Source: Raillietiella orientalis (lineage: Eukaryota). From it: DNA of 64,000 bases. Made by a program: the position numbers and the translations under genes. Location: positions 3,038,001 through 3,102,000 of the forward strand of contig JAYWIR010000011.1 in NCBI GenBank assembly GCA_036172245.1, written 5' to 3'. Under the pieces are notes generated by a model. The model worked only from the letters and a program-made list of their open reading frames with translations, ran no database searches and had not been told where the DNA came from. Of this stretch, positions 1 to 11,697 are shown one piece after another. Positions within the stretch are counted from its first letter, which is position 1. Every line of letters begins with the position of its first letter.

Positions 1-2469
1 CCGTGACGAAGCCGTCCAGGAAGGCGTTCCTCTCAGTGCCTTCGTTGAGGAGCAGCATCAGCAGTTGCTCTACGCTCACGCTCTCTAGGGACGTCCGGAA
101 GCAGCCGAACTTCCCTCCGGCCCAGGAGTTCGACGTCCAGTAGTTACATCCTGTCGTCGAGCGGACGGAGGGGATGAACTCGAAGGCGCGGACCCACTCG
201 CAGAGGTGCATCAGGATGAGGACACCTGGAAGGAGGCGCGCCGTGAGGATCCCCCGGGGGAATCGCTGTGGCGGGCAGCGGCGCAGGCACGACTTCTCGA
301 GGCCTCCCCTCCTCCCCTTCTGGAAACCCAATGTCCAGGAGCGGATGATCCCACCCGTTCCTTCAGAGACGCCTCTGGAATCTCAGGGAAAGGGGAAGGA
401 GAGAGAACAGGCGAACGAAGAAGCAGGTCTCCTCGCTTCCTCTGGGAAGAAGCACTTTGACCTTCCATCGAAGCTAAGGAAGACACCGCCGGACGAGGGA
501 CCGAACGGAGTCCAGGAGCTGCGGCAGAAACGAGCGGAACTCTCCCTTCCCACTCCTGCATCCCTCCTCCTGCTCGTCCCTCTCTGTAGAAGAAGGGCCG
601 GAGGCTCGCGCGCGGGCGGGAGGGGGAGAAGCGCTCTTGAAATACGAAGAGGGCGTGGTGAGTGCGGAGAGTCGCACGCGGCCGTGTCCGCCTTGGAGGT
701 CGAGAATGCACGGCGTCAGCAGCAGGGGGGAGGGTGGGGACTTCAGCTAGCCTCCGGCAGCACTCGACCACCTCTTTTCTCCTTCCTCTTTCCTTTCCTC
801 CCTCTTCTCGATCCGACTTTCGGGAGCTCGAGGGTCCTTCGTTTCCAGTTGCGGGGAGAACAGAAGGCCCGTGAGCCTCCAGGAAGGCGCGCGCGCTCCT
901 GACGGACGGGAGGTGCACCACCTCGCTGCCAGCGCCGCCTCCGCCGCACGCAGCGAAGTACCGTAAAACTCGATGGAGGGGAGGCGCAGCCCTGGTGCTA
1001 TCTTCCCGAGCTCCTCCTCCTCACCCAAAAGACTCCCGACCTTCCATGCGAAGAAAGGGTCCAGGAAGTGCAGTGCCGCGTCGGGGAACTCGCGCTCGAG
1101 AGTCCGATAGGCCTCCAGGCATCTGCGCAGAGACCGGCTGTCCTAGAAGAGCATCTGGGGGAACAAACTTTCCAGTGGGCATTCCCCCACCCACATCTGG
1201 ACCTCATCTGCAGAAAAGGGGCAGCAGGTTGGCGCGCTCTCACGGTCTCTTTCCGAGCTGGGAGTGCGGCGACACTGCGTGACCTCTTTTTCCCCTTTCT
1301 CCTCTTCTCCCATTTCGAACTACCAGGAGACCAACATCAGCAGGATTGTCATCTTCCCCTCTCCATGTCTTCCTTCTTCTTCGAAGGCGATCTGGAGCCG
1401 GATCTCACGGAGAGAAGAGAGGGGAACAAGGTGTGGAACCGGGGAACTGCGAGGAGAAGGCGCGAGCCATGAGCAGCGAGAGGGTGGCTTCTTGGAACTC
1501 GCAAGATGGTTGGACGGACACCCAGGGGCCTACTGCATCCCGCTCACCCCTCTCCGGAAAAGACAAAGGCAGAGTGGAGAGGCAAAGGATGGACTGAGAC
1601 TCGTTGACCTTGGTCAGAGTGGGGAGAAGAGGGTGGACGCTGACTGGGTCTCCTGTACTCCCGTCAGAGTGGGAGGAGAGCAGGAAGAGGCTCGCGATCC
1701 ACTCGCCTTTCAGGCAAGAGGATCACCTTCGGAGTCCGGAGGCGGGGAGCCAGTTCGTACCTGGCTCAGGTCACTTTGGTCTGTCGGGAGGGCGAACACC
1801 AGCAGCGAAGCGTTCCCATAGACGGCTCTGTCCCGCGACCACATCCTCCGGAAGCCAGGAAGCAGAGCGTTCATCAACCTGAACGTCGTTTTGCTTCCCA
1901 CGTCGCGCTCGTGGTTGGCCACTGGGTGGTCGCCGAAACGGAGGACCACGTCATGGGAGTCTGGAAGCGGTTCCCACTGCGTGTGTTTGCGAGCCTCCCC
2001 TTGCCTCCCTCTCCCGCTGGTGCGGGCTGGAAGAGAGGAGACTCAACGCACCTATGAAGGCGCCGTTGAGGGCGCCTCGCATGGCGGATGAGCCCGTCAC
2101 CACGGCGCAGCTGTTAAAAGGCTTGAGACCCAGGGGAGCTCCTTGGGAGAGCCAGGTGCCTCCCGCTGCCTCCGAGCGCTTCCGCCCAGCCTCGTGGGCA
2201 CTCAGTACGACGCTCTTGAGGGCGCAGACGATCTGCTCCCGGACCGCTGAATTGGGATGAGAGTCACCGAGCAGCCTCCGGTGGAACTCTAGCAGTAGCG
2301 ACTCCATCAGCGTGGATCCCTTGACTCTTTCAGGAGCTCCCCAAAGATCCCTGTACTCCAGGCCGGTCCACTGGACCACGAAGAGGAACAGTGCGGCCAC
2401 AAGCACCAGGGAGAGGAAGCAGCGTTTCTTGGAGATCCTCAGGCACGAGTTGAACGCTGCTCTCCCCAT
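1..2469 (-). CDS. GT29 sialyltransferase, ST6Gal-like; exons 2469-2052, 1960-1761, 1142-962, 225-<1 (3' end outside window)
   Basis: GT-AG splicing joins four exons in frame without stops. Type II TM segment (FLSLVLVAALFLFVV), sialylmotif L (SCAVVTGSSAMRGALNGAFIDSHDVVLRFGDHPVANHERDVGSKTTFRLMN), motif S (LPSIEFYGVLILMHLCEWVRAFEFIPS), motif III-like CNYW and C-terminal LNEGT..FLDG, colinear with ST6Gal1 as recalled. Confidence 0.88.
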
Positions 2470-3751
2470 CCTACAGCACCTCCTGACCGGTATGAGATGC
2501 CAACGACGACTGGAAGGATGAGGCAGGGTAGGGAAAAAACGATCTCCCTTTCGGTGCGAAAAGAGCAACGGGAGATCACCTGGAGGGACGAGAAGGCGTT
2601 CTGACGATGCCCGGGAGACAATGTCGTGGAAAGGAGGGCAGGGACGAGGAGGAGAAGACAGGGAGGAAGAAATGGAAGCCCACGGAGGAGGGGAGCGAGG
2701 TGCCTCGTTGGCGTTTGAAACGGGAGATCCCCTACCTACCTGGTCCGCGTTGCTTGGGCTGCCTACCGCGAATGGACGTCGCACTGCTTGCGCCTCGGAA
2801 GTCTGGCACCGCATCCGCTGCCGAAGCGGATGGGCATCGTCTTGGAAGAGTGCGGCTTCCACCCGCACCGAGCGATGATCTCAGCAGCGGCAGAGGCGGT
2901 GCATCGCGTGACAGCCTCCTCCCGCTTCTCTCCCTCCGTTCCTTCCCCTCCAGGGGAGAGGGGGGGGGGGAGAGAAGGTGAAGCCGTGGCGGCAGTGCGG
3001 GCCTGCGGGTTTCCCGGGGAGGCTCCGCACGCGACACACGTCCCCTCCGCCGAGCGTTCGCGCTCCGGGTGGTCGGCGCTGCTCTGCGACCCAGGGAGCC
3101 TGCCACTCTCCGTCCGCCGGCGCCAAGCTGGAGGGAGCAGGCCGGAGCCCACCCAGCGCCACGCGGCGTCCCTGTAGAAGGGAAGAAGGATGAGGATGCA
3201 GGGAGATGCTGAGGGCTGGGGACGCCCGCCGGCGGCGTCCCGGGATCTCCGGCATCTGTGCAGACGCGCGCAGCCAGAGCGGCAACTCCGCATGCGCGAG
3301 ACACGACACAGCGGCCTCCTCTTCCACGACTTGGCGCTCGCATCCTCCGCCTTCCCGGTGGCTTCCCGCATCTCCACGGTTCCCTTCTGAGGCACGGGGT
3401 CGGACGGGACCGAAACGTCCACACAGAGCGACTTGCGGCTCCTCCAGCGTCCGAGCGGCAGGTCTCGCGCGGGTCAGAAGGGACCATCGGAACGAAGCTC
3501 TTTCCTTCCCTCCTTCCTCTTCCTCCTCTTACTTTTCTTCTTTGACTTGTTCTGCCACATGCCGGAACGTCGATTGTCTGCTTCCTTTTCAAGGATCCCT
3601 GAGTAATCCGCGTGAAGGCTGGTCACTCAGGGAACAAATGCGATGGCGCCTCCAGTCCGATGGCGGCGCGTCCCAGGCCTCGCGAGAATACAGCTGCTGG
3701 ATCTCGGATCCTCGGTTTTCCCTTGATCCAGACTCCACCTTCCCAGCGTTT

Positions 3752-4380
3752 CATACCCACATGCGCCGGAACATTTATTTATGCCAGAAAATACATAAAT
3801 AGACATGCAGTACCCTTATACTAGCGGGATATAAAGTCAGCAATAGCGTTTGGGGAAGTCTATGGGGGCGGGTAAAGGGGGGAAGGGAATGGGTGGGAAA
3901 GTGGTAGGGAAATGGGAATGGGATGAGGTGTAGGGTGGGGTATGACTGCGCCTTTGGTTCCAGAGCCTGACAATCGGCAGGTGTATTGCCGCTCCTCGCC
4001 ATCCAGATGTGTTCGTCTGCCCGCCGTGCGCAGCAGTCCTTTGCGTACTTCCTGGAGGAGGTTTCGACCTTTCGCTTCTGGTCGTCCTTCGAGCGCCGGG
4101 GTATCGCCATGGCGCGTGGAGGTGGCACGCAGACAGAGCCGCAGCAGCCTTCGGGAGACCGTCGTTGTGGAGAAACCTCTGAATGGATCTTCGAGGAGAA
4201 GGTGGGAAGGATTGACCCCTTTGCGTGCCACTTTTACCCATCCTTCTTGCAGGACGCGGCGCCTGACGAACGACTCCCGGAGTTGCGTCCGTCGCGGTCG
4301 CTGCGCATGGAGAGTGCATCTTCCAGGAAGCAAGAGAATTTCTTTCGGATGAGTGAAGCTGCTCCGTAGGGGGTGGAAGA
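3752..4380 (-). mobile_element. L1/Tx1-like LINE 3' fragment (diverged)
   Basis: Ends AATAAATGTTCCGGCGCATGTGGG like the other family copies; pyrimidine-rich 3' UTR; decayed C-terminal ORF2 similarity; 5' limit approximate. Confidence 0.5.
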
Positions 4381-4384
4381 GCGC

Positions 4385-4948
4385 TGTGCGTCGTGGGATG
4401 TGTGGATGCGCGAACGGGGGAGATCGGAGACGCCGCTGCAAACGCGACCTTCGGCGACCTTTCGTGGGGAGAGGTGGGACGCAACGTGCGCAGACCGACG
4501 ACCATCCTCGGAGCCGCGCAGTTCTCACCCCCCCCCCGCCCCTGCTTTCTGCTTGCTCCTTCCCTCAGCGCGTGAAGAAACGGGCAGCGGACCTCCCGAG
4601 GAACGCCCTGCGGGGCAACTTCACCATACGCTTGCTGCGGTTCGCAACAGATGGTCATTCCCGTGCGGATGGAACTTGCCTACACCCTTGGAAGGATGTA
4701 GAGGACTCTGGACAACAGTCAGTGGTCCCTTCCCGGACTCCTCGAAATTCTTGTATTTATTCATCTTTCGTTTGCTTTCTTCTTATTTTTCCCCCTCTCC
4801 TCCGTTGCCAACGAAAACCTCGCCGGTCTGTGTACCGATATCTTGTCAAGTTCCGGGTCCACTTAGCCGTGGTAGGATCCCACTCCTGCCCCTGCATTCC
4901 TGTACTCTTGTTACTTCGGGATAAGTGCCCTGGTTTTGCCGGATGAAA
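4385..4948 (+). mobile_element. L1/Tx1-like LINE 3' fragment (copy A)
   Basis: NFTIRLLRFAT resembles HFAIRFMRTAT of other copies; T-rich tract, GCCGGTCTGTGTACCG hairpin, GTGGTAGGA/TCCTGCC hairpin, terminal GCCCTGG..CCGGATGAAA. Confidence 0.7.
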
Positions 4949-5339
4949 ACGACCGCATTATCCCGACCCCCCGCGCGTATTCGTTGCGCTCGGCGAGAGC
5001 CTCCGTGCGACAACCCTGTAAACTCCGAGGAGAAGCCACGACGTTGCGAGGTCGCTGCAAGGTGCGAGCGGGAGCCCGCAACGGCAGGGGAGCCATCCAC
5101 CTCGCCAATCGACTCCTCAAGATGGCGTCGGGAATGGTCCCTCAAACCAGGTCTGCCATATTGGAGGAACTCGCTGGCATACCGAGAGGACCCAGCGTCA
5201 CAGATTGCCCCCCTGGTCCCCGCTGAGGACCTATTAGGCATTCCCCAAGGATTGCTCGACACCCTGGCGATTCTTGCATGCTTACTTTCCGTACTCAAAC
5301 GCCCCGGAGACACCTGGCATCTAGCGACTTGAGCTGCGT

Positions 5340-6050
5340 GTGATTTTCGACACGCGGCTCATGTGCGAGATTCACATCCGTAAGGAAGCAGCCAAATAAC
5401 AACACCTTTCCGGAGTCTTGTCAGCAGGGGTCGCGTTGGGCATTCTCCTCCCCTGGGTTGCGTCCCACATCTTTTTCAAGGCGCAGCACGGTGTGTCCGG
5501 TCCGGTATTCGACCGCAGCTCCTGACTGCGATCTCCCTCCAAACTCTGAGTCCTCTCGGGATGTCCATGTCTTTCCTAGATTTTCTCACCTTTGACCGTC
5601 TCATCAAGGCATTCGTGGTGAAGAAGGAGCGGGCGTGGCAGTCCTTACCATGGGGAGGGGAGAGAGGTTGCATCGAAGAACGCTGTCGTTCCCTTTAAGC
5701 AGCCCCTCCAAGATTTCCATCCTTGTGCTGCTGCCCTGCAGGTGCGTCACCTTCTTCAGCGCTGCCCAGTCTTACCGCAGCAGGGGGGCAGGCGAGCACA
5801 CGAGGCTGGGTTTCCCTTAGGCACCCGTGCAGATGCTGCCCAATCTTTTCCTACCAGTTCCTTCTCTCATACGACACCCATCTCGCGGCCGGCACGTAAT
5901 TCAGGACGATGGACATCCTTTTGGGGTTCTTTTCTGTCTTCGCTGCTATTCCTTTCAGCTTTTTTTTTGGTTCGCTGAGTACCTCAAGAACCGTCACGCG
6001 CCTGGCGACCCATGCAGCTCTTTGATTCTGTTCCATGCTACATTCGAGGA
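5340..6050 (-). mobile_element. Decayed CR1/L2-like LINE ORF2 fragment
   Basis: IAAKTEKNPKR (E..IA...K.NPK-type linker) and KSRKDMDIPRGLR (KSPGPD..PR.L-type); similar to 22330-22760. Confidence 0.45.
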
Positions 6051-6060
6051 TGCATATAAT

Positions 6061-6752
6061 TCTTCAAGATAGGAGATACCCGGGTGGGGACCTCCCTATG
6101 AATCCAGGAAGGGCTCGGAGTCCATTCCTCTCATTCCTGGGAAGGATCCCGCAAGGGAATCTCCACCCTGGTTGCCTCCGAAGGGAACCCCGAAGGGGTC
6201 TGATCCATGTTTTCTTCTCTGAACGGAACCCGGAAAGGATCCCCTATCAGAAATTTCTTCTCCGGAGGGACTCCCCCCGGGAAGGGAACCTCTCCTGTTT
6301 ACTCCTTCGAAGAGAACCCCGAAGGAACGCTTCCCGATTTCTCTCTGAAGGGCGGCTCCCCGAAGGGAGCAGAGCGTTTCCCTGCACTCTCTGGAGAGGT
6401 GATGGCGACATATCTACTCCATCAGAACGACGCGGAGGGGTCCCCCACGCTAAGGGGTCCGCTCTCCTTTGCACAACCTGAGGGAAACTGTTGAGTTGAA
6501 CTCTTGCTCCTTTAGTCCTAAAAGGACCCGGAGGTCGACTTCCCAATCCCGGCCACTCATCGGGAGCATCCGGTTTTAACCCCTTCCGGCGCCCCACCCG
6601 AATAAATGAAGGCCAACCAGCATCATCTCGCGGGAGGAACTCGAACCCACGACGCACCCTTATCTCTCGGCACAGATTCTTTGCGAGTATTTGAACCCGC
6701 GACGCCTAATGCTACGCGCGGAGACCGTAACCACATGGTCTCCGACGCGGGC
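6061..6752 (-). mobile_element. tRNA-derived SINE with two B-box-like motifs, copy 1
   Basis: GGTTCAAATAC and GGTTCGAGTTCC motifs; shared body and tandem GAACCC(C)GAAGG subrepeats with 19006-19652 and 32690-33270. Confidence 0.7.
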
Positions 6753-6885
6753 AGGTCAACTACTAGTTCGGAAGTGGAGGAGAGGCTTCGTCTACAAAGT
6801 GGACAGACAGCTCTCCTCCCGAGGATGTGCGGAAGGTGGATCTCACTTTGCATTTGCCTTTCAGTCCTCGGGTAATGGGGAGTAG

Positions 6886-7034
6886 TGGGTCAATCCTGGA
6901 GGTGCTGCAATACCGAGTCAACCCGCAACAGGAGAAGAGCAGGCTCCAAGCATCCCGTCCACTTCCCCAAAAGTAGTTTAATATACTGGCCATCAGATAG
7001 TTGGCGTATCAGATATTAAGCTAATAAGAATAGA
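6886..7034 (-). ncRNA. U2: U2 snRNA, 5'-truncated (starts at about nt 39); pseudogene or element-disrupted copy
   Basis: TCTATTCTTATTAGCTTAATATCTGATACG...AGTATATTAAA...GGTATTGCAGCACCTCCAGG matches U2 stems IIa to IV; first 38 nt (branch-pairing GTAGTA) absent. Confidence 0.92.
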
Positions 7035-7600
7035 TTTATTTCTTTAAAGAGGAACTTATAAAAATAACAGGGATGGCTCTTCGCCATCTTCCAGTCTTCT
7101 TTTCCATCTCAAGCCTTACGATTGCTGCTGCTTTATAGTTGTGTCGTAGCCATTCACCTGCTGCTGCAGCCTTCTCCTTCCACCACATTCTTGCACCTTG
7201 TAGTCCAGCCGTTGACCCAATCGATGTGTCTCGGCATGACGTTACCAGTCCAGCATCAAGTCCTCGATCCGCACTCGGGATTGCTACGTGGTAAAGCACG
7301 AGAAGTTCGTCCCGGTGGCAGGCCACTGCTCCATACCCCTTCTCCAGCCGCCTGCAGGTCTGCGTTCCGGATCCCGGAACGGCTGGTAGATGCGGCGAGG
7401 ACACCGTGGTTCCTGTCTTTCGAGGGTGGGGAGAGGGGAGAACGAGTTCCCGGAGATCCTTTTTCGTCATTTTGGACTTCGCTCGTACGCTTCGATTTTT
7501 TTTTTCCGCAGTTCGCCGTACCCCATGAGCAAATCGTCCAATGATTTTTTCCGCAGTATCAGAAGAGTCACGTCTTGTGCCAGGGGTCGCCGCTGGCAGT
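7035..7600 (-). mobile_element. Retroelement 3' tail joined to the U2 target site (Keno- or Utopia-like; clade unresolved)
   Basis: Ends ...AAAGAAATAAA directly before U2 nt 39; upstream coding similarity weak; 5' limit approximate. Confidence 0.5.
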
Positions 7601-7954
7601 GAACTGTTCTCATTCCCTCACGGTCGATCTGATCTCCGGCACAGCCATCTCCTCGTCTCCCGTGCAATGAAAAGGAATCAAAGAATCACCGGGATCGGTT
7701 CTTCGTTTCGGATTTTCCAGCCACGAAGCGCCACTGGCGGTCCTCGCTGGTGCCCGTTTCCTCTTCCATGTGGGGTCAGCATCTGCCCTCTGCCCCGGTC
7801 TGTTAATCAGGGCCGACCATCTGTCTCGAGGGGGGGCTTTGTGAACCGCAAACGAACACCCGTTCCGGCTCTCGGCGAGCTGCAGGGACTGTCGCGTGTC
7901 CGTGACTTGCACGGAGCGACCCGGCGACCCCGTACCGAACCCACTTCTCCAGTA

Positions 7955-8891
7955 GTCTCGGGAGTTTTTTTCGGGGTGTCACCAGGAAGAAGTAAAGTGC
8001 TCTTGCCAAGGCGTCCTCGACCTAAACGAAAGGGCACCACACTTTAGTAGGAAGTACAAAATGGGGTGTTCCAATCCACAACGTGCATCCTTCCCTCCTT
8101 GTCTCCGTCTGCTGAGGACATTGCCTACTGAGTATCCGTCTCGACCTCAACCCCAACGCGAGGTGCGCCTGCCACCTGCTCATCCTCCGCCTGAGGAGCC
8201 GAAGTGGACGTTCAAAGCATTCGCCACAGATTTGTCCCTCGGAAAGATGCCGGAGGAACGGATCTTCCATTCGGGAAGTAGCGTCCCGATGGAAAGATGT
8301 TGCTGGAAACGAGCCTTCCCTTCCGCGTGCACAATGATGGCCACATAAACAAGACAGGCAGCAGGCAGCTTGCTGATGTTAATCAGAGACACCTACGAAC
8401 TTCTCCCTTTCCACTTCACTCCACGATGCGAGGTGCGGAGGATGTCCACTTCCTCCTCGACTTCACTCTTCTCCTTCACACAGGGGCAGCAGCATCTCGA
8501 GTAGCAGACGCATGACAGGAACGGCTCGAACTACATCTCTTCACGAGTGCATCGGTTTCTAACGCAGCACAATGGACGAACCCCGGTTGACAACGGACGC
8601 TCGAGGGTGCTTCGCCTTTCCGAACAGACTTCCAGGACTCTGCTCCAGTGCTTCCTTGGTTCTCTGCTCCCTTTCCTCATCCCTCCTCACACAGGGTCTT
8701 GGAGAATGATGATGCGCAGTAGGCATTGTTGTCAGCAGACGGGAACAGGGAGGGAAGTGTGCGCGTTATAGATTGGACCATCCCATTTTGTACGTCCCAG
8801 CGAAGCATAGTGCCCTTTCGTTTAGGTTGAGGCGCTTAGCAAGAGCGCTTTACCCTCCCCCTGGTGACACCCCGAAAAAAACTCCCGAGAC
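7955..8891. repeat. Inverted repeat pair, about 185 bp arms (7955-8137 and 8711-8891)
   Basis: GTCTCGGGAGTTTTTTTCGGGGTGTCACCAGG...ACCTAAACGAAA...GTACAAAATGGG...CCGTCTGCTGA...TGCCTACTG present on both strands. Confidence 0.85.
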
Positions 8892-8919
8892 CATCCTTCT
8901 TCCAGGATGGAACATCTGC

Positions 8920-9659
8920 CTGCAGTAGCAGTCGTGGAACGATCTCGTGGCCTCAACCGCACCGAGGCGCAGCTCGCACCGAGGCAGAGCCACGAAGGCC
9001 GGCTCGCGCACGCGGCGAGCAGGTGAGACGACCTCAGCCGGAGCTGAGTCGACTCCGTGGACCCAGATGCGTGGTGGTTGACCCAGCACGGGGATCGGAG
9101 TGGTCTGCATCGCATGAGGTCGATTCATCATGATGTATCAGTCCTTCGTGGAGATTTGAGGAAATCTCCGTGATCTCCGCACCTTCGCTCGCCCAGGGCC
9201 ATCTGAAGCGTGAAGGTAGGAAGGAAGGAGGAACGGAGTCAGCTTCCGGCACCGCCTCTCAGATGCTCTGCTCTTCTCTTCCAATCTCCCTCGGTTGCGG
9301 AGAGCATCGGAATTTCCGCCCGCCCCTCGCTGCTGCGCGCGCGCAGTCGGTCGGTCGGCGACGCTGCTGTCGTCTCGCTCTGTGCCCAAGCCGCTCCTCT
9401 TCATCGCACGGATGGCTCGCGGTCTCACGCGTGTCTCAACAAGCAGGCGTTCCGGTCCTCGTGCGACGCAGACCGCTCCGGCCCCCGTGCCACGTCAACC
9501 ACCACACAGCTGGGTCCACGACGTTGGCACAGCCCCAGTTGAGGTCGTCTCACCTGCTCGCCGCGTCCTCGAGCGGGTCTTCGTGGCTCCGCCGCGGGAC
9601 GAGCTGCGCCTCGGTGCAGCGGTTGAGGCCACGAGGTCGTTCCACGACTGCTACTGCAG
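8920..9659. repeat. Inverted repeat pair, about 200 bp arms (8920-9119 and 9456-9659)
   Basis: CTGCAGTAGCAGTCGTGGAACGA.CTCGTGGCCTCAACCGC...GGCGAGCAGGTGAGACGACCTCA present on both strands. Confidence 0.88.
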
Positions 9660-11697
9660 CCGAGTGGGCGGACGCGACCCGTTCTGCCCTGCAGCCCGGA
9701 GAATGGAGGCACTCCCGGGACGCCCTCTTTCTCTTCCCCACTTCACTACCGCCACTCTCCTCCCTGCAAGGAGGAAAGAGAGGATATGGACAGGCCCTGC
9801 ACTTCTTTGGGGACCTCGCCTTCTCGGCTCTAGGGAGGACTATCATCCTGGTATACCGGGGCATTTACTACGTAAAGTAATGAAAATACATTTTTGCAGT
9901 AGAACCGTTGGTTCTACCACGCGCAGTGTATCTGCCGAAGAGCGGTGCACAGACCGGCGAGGTTCGCCTCGGCAGCGTGGGGGAAGGGAAAACAAAAATA
10001 CCAAAAAAATAAACAAACAAAACTGGGAAGGGTGAATTTTACATGGGGAGGGGGCCACAGTACGCTGCTAGGCGTCCTCTGCATCCTGCACAAGATGCTG
10101 ACAAGTTCCGTCTGTATAGAGCTCAGATGGGGTCATCTCGAGGAGGTCCTCAGGAAGATTCGCGTCCAGTGTATGGCGTTTCTACCATTCTGGTCTCTCC
10201 TTGAGTTCCAGGCTGCCACGATTTTGCGGATGCAGCAGAAGGACGAGACTGGCGGCAGTGCGGCACGCCTAAAGAGGCGCTTCCAAATGTCCCTGGTGCC
10301 GTCAGACGGGATTCCTAGGATCGTAGCGAGGAGATCCCAAAGGAGTCGGAGGGAAGCACAGTCCAAAAGCAGGTGCGGAAGGGTGTCTCCTTCCCGAACC
10401 TGTCGCAGTCTGAGCATCCGCGCCCCCCCGTCTCCAGTGATGAAGGCATGCTTTGCATATGATTCCCCCATGCAATACCAGCAACGCCGACTCCTGTCAC
10501 TCGATGGGGAGGGTTGCACTGTTCCAGCACTCTGGAGGCCACTTCACCTCCTCCAGAGGGATACAAGCAGTTTTTCTCAGTGTGCAAGTCCGTGGGGTGG
10601 CACACTCGGGGTCGCAGCGTCCGTTACTTTCCGAGTTGTCCACTCCCCAAGAAGTTTCGTCTTTGCTGCTATGCTGCAAATAACTTTCCGCCTTACCGGG
10701 ATTACACTGTCCCTTGCATTCCTTAGGGAGAGCAGCACTGAAGTCGGATGGATGAGGCTCATCGCATCTTTTGCGGGTTGGGGATTATCTCCTCCAACGA
10801 CTTGCGAGTGTTGACGCCCCGCTGTAGGCAGGCGTACCCCGCCTCGCTCGCGCCGTGGATCTTTCCTCAGGCGAAGACTGACTCCTGAAGCCAAGCAGTG
10901 CAGTTCGCGCGGGGGGGTGGGGCAGGAGATCCAGGTGTTCTCCTCCACCAGGGCAACCATCTAGCGGAGTTGGTATCCGCAACGCTTCAGCAATCTCTCA
11001 TGAGCGACAAGGAGAAATGTGAGTCCCTCGCAGCCGGTTGCGTTCTTCTCGAGGAGCCGTGCTGGTGTGCACCAGGGCGTTGTCCATAGTCTCGCCACGA
11101 GGACGAGTCTTCTAACTTGCCGTTCTGGATCGCCATCTCAACCTTTTGGAGACGGTCGGACCAGGCTTCTGCTGGGCAGAAGTCCCCCAACGGAACGCCA
11201 AAGTACTTGAAGTACCTGCCCGTGGGGATCTTCAAGCAAATCCAGTTCGGCCGCCTGGAGCACGCCGCACCGACAGGCACTACGGACGACTTCGTCCTGT
11301 CTACCTCAAGTCCGGTCCCGCGACCGAGCAACTCGAAGAAGCGCTCGAGTGCAGACGCAAGAGTGGACATGGGGAGCAGCTGCAGAAGATGGTCTTCATA
11401 GGCCGACACGGCTGGTGTGCCGGGACACGAGCTTGGCAGGGTTGGCAAAGTCTCCCTGTATGCTCTTAGCACCAACTCAAAATAGACGCTAAAGGGCAGG
11501 GGGCTTATGCTATCACCCTGCCTTACGCCGAACTGAACGTGTATGGAGTACCTGTTCACCGCCCCCTGCCTGCGAATAGGCAATCCATACACGTGCCGGC
11601 TGATAAAACAGATGCTAATAAGCGCTAAGTGCCAGAAGGAGCTCAGATTGGCCAGGAAGACGGCCAGGAATCCCATGCCTCAGTCGAAAGCTTTGCT

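Noticed and set aside
174..1880. Plus-strand ORFs read as LINE ORF1/APE remnants
   Set aside because: Better explained as antisense frames of the spliced sialyltransferase gene
3850..3942. Telomeric or G-quadruplex regulatory tract
   Set aside because: It is the complement of the C-rich 3' UTR of a LINE fragment; no regular telomere unit
6130..6370. CRISPR-like repeat-spacer array
   Set aside because: Degenerate tandem subrepeats inside a SINE, eukaryotic context, no cas genes
9815..9835. Possible U2 5' part (TCGCCTTCTCGGC)
   Set aside because: Short, mismatched and on the wrong strand relative to the U2 3' fragment
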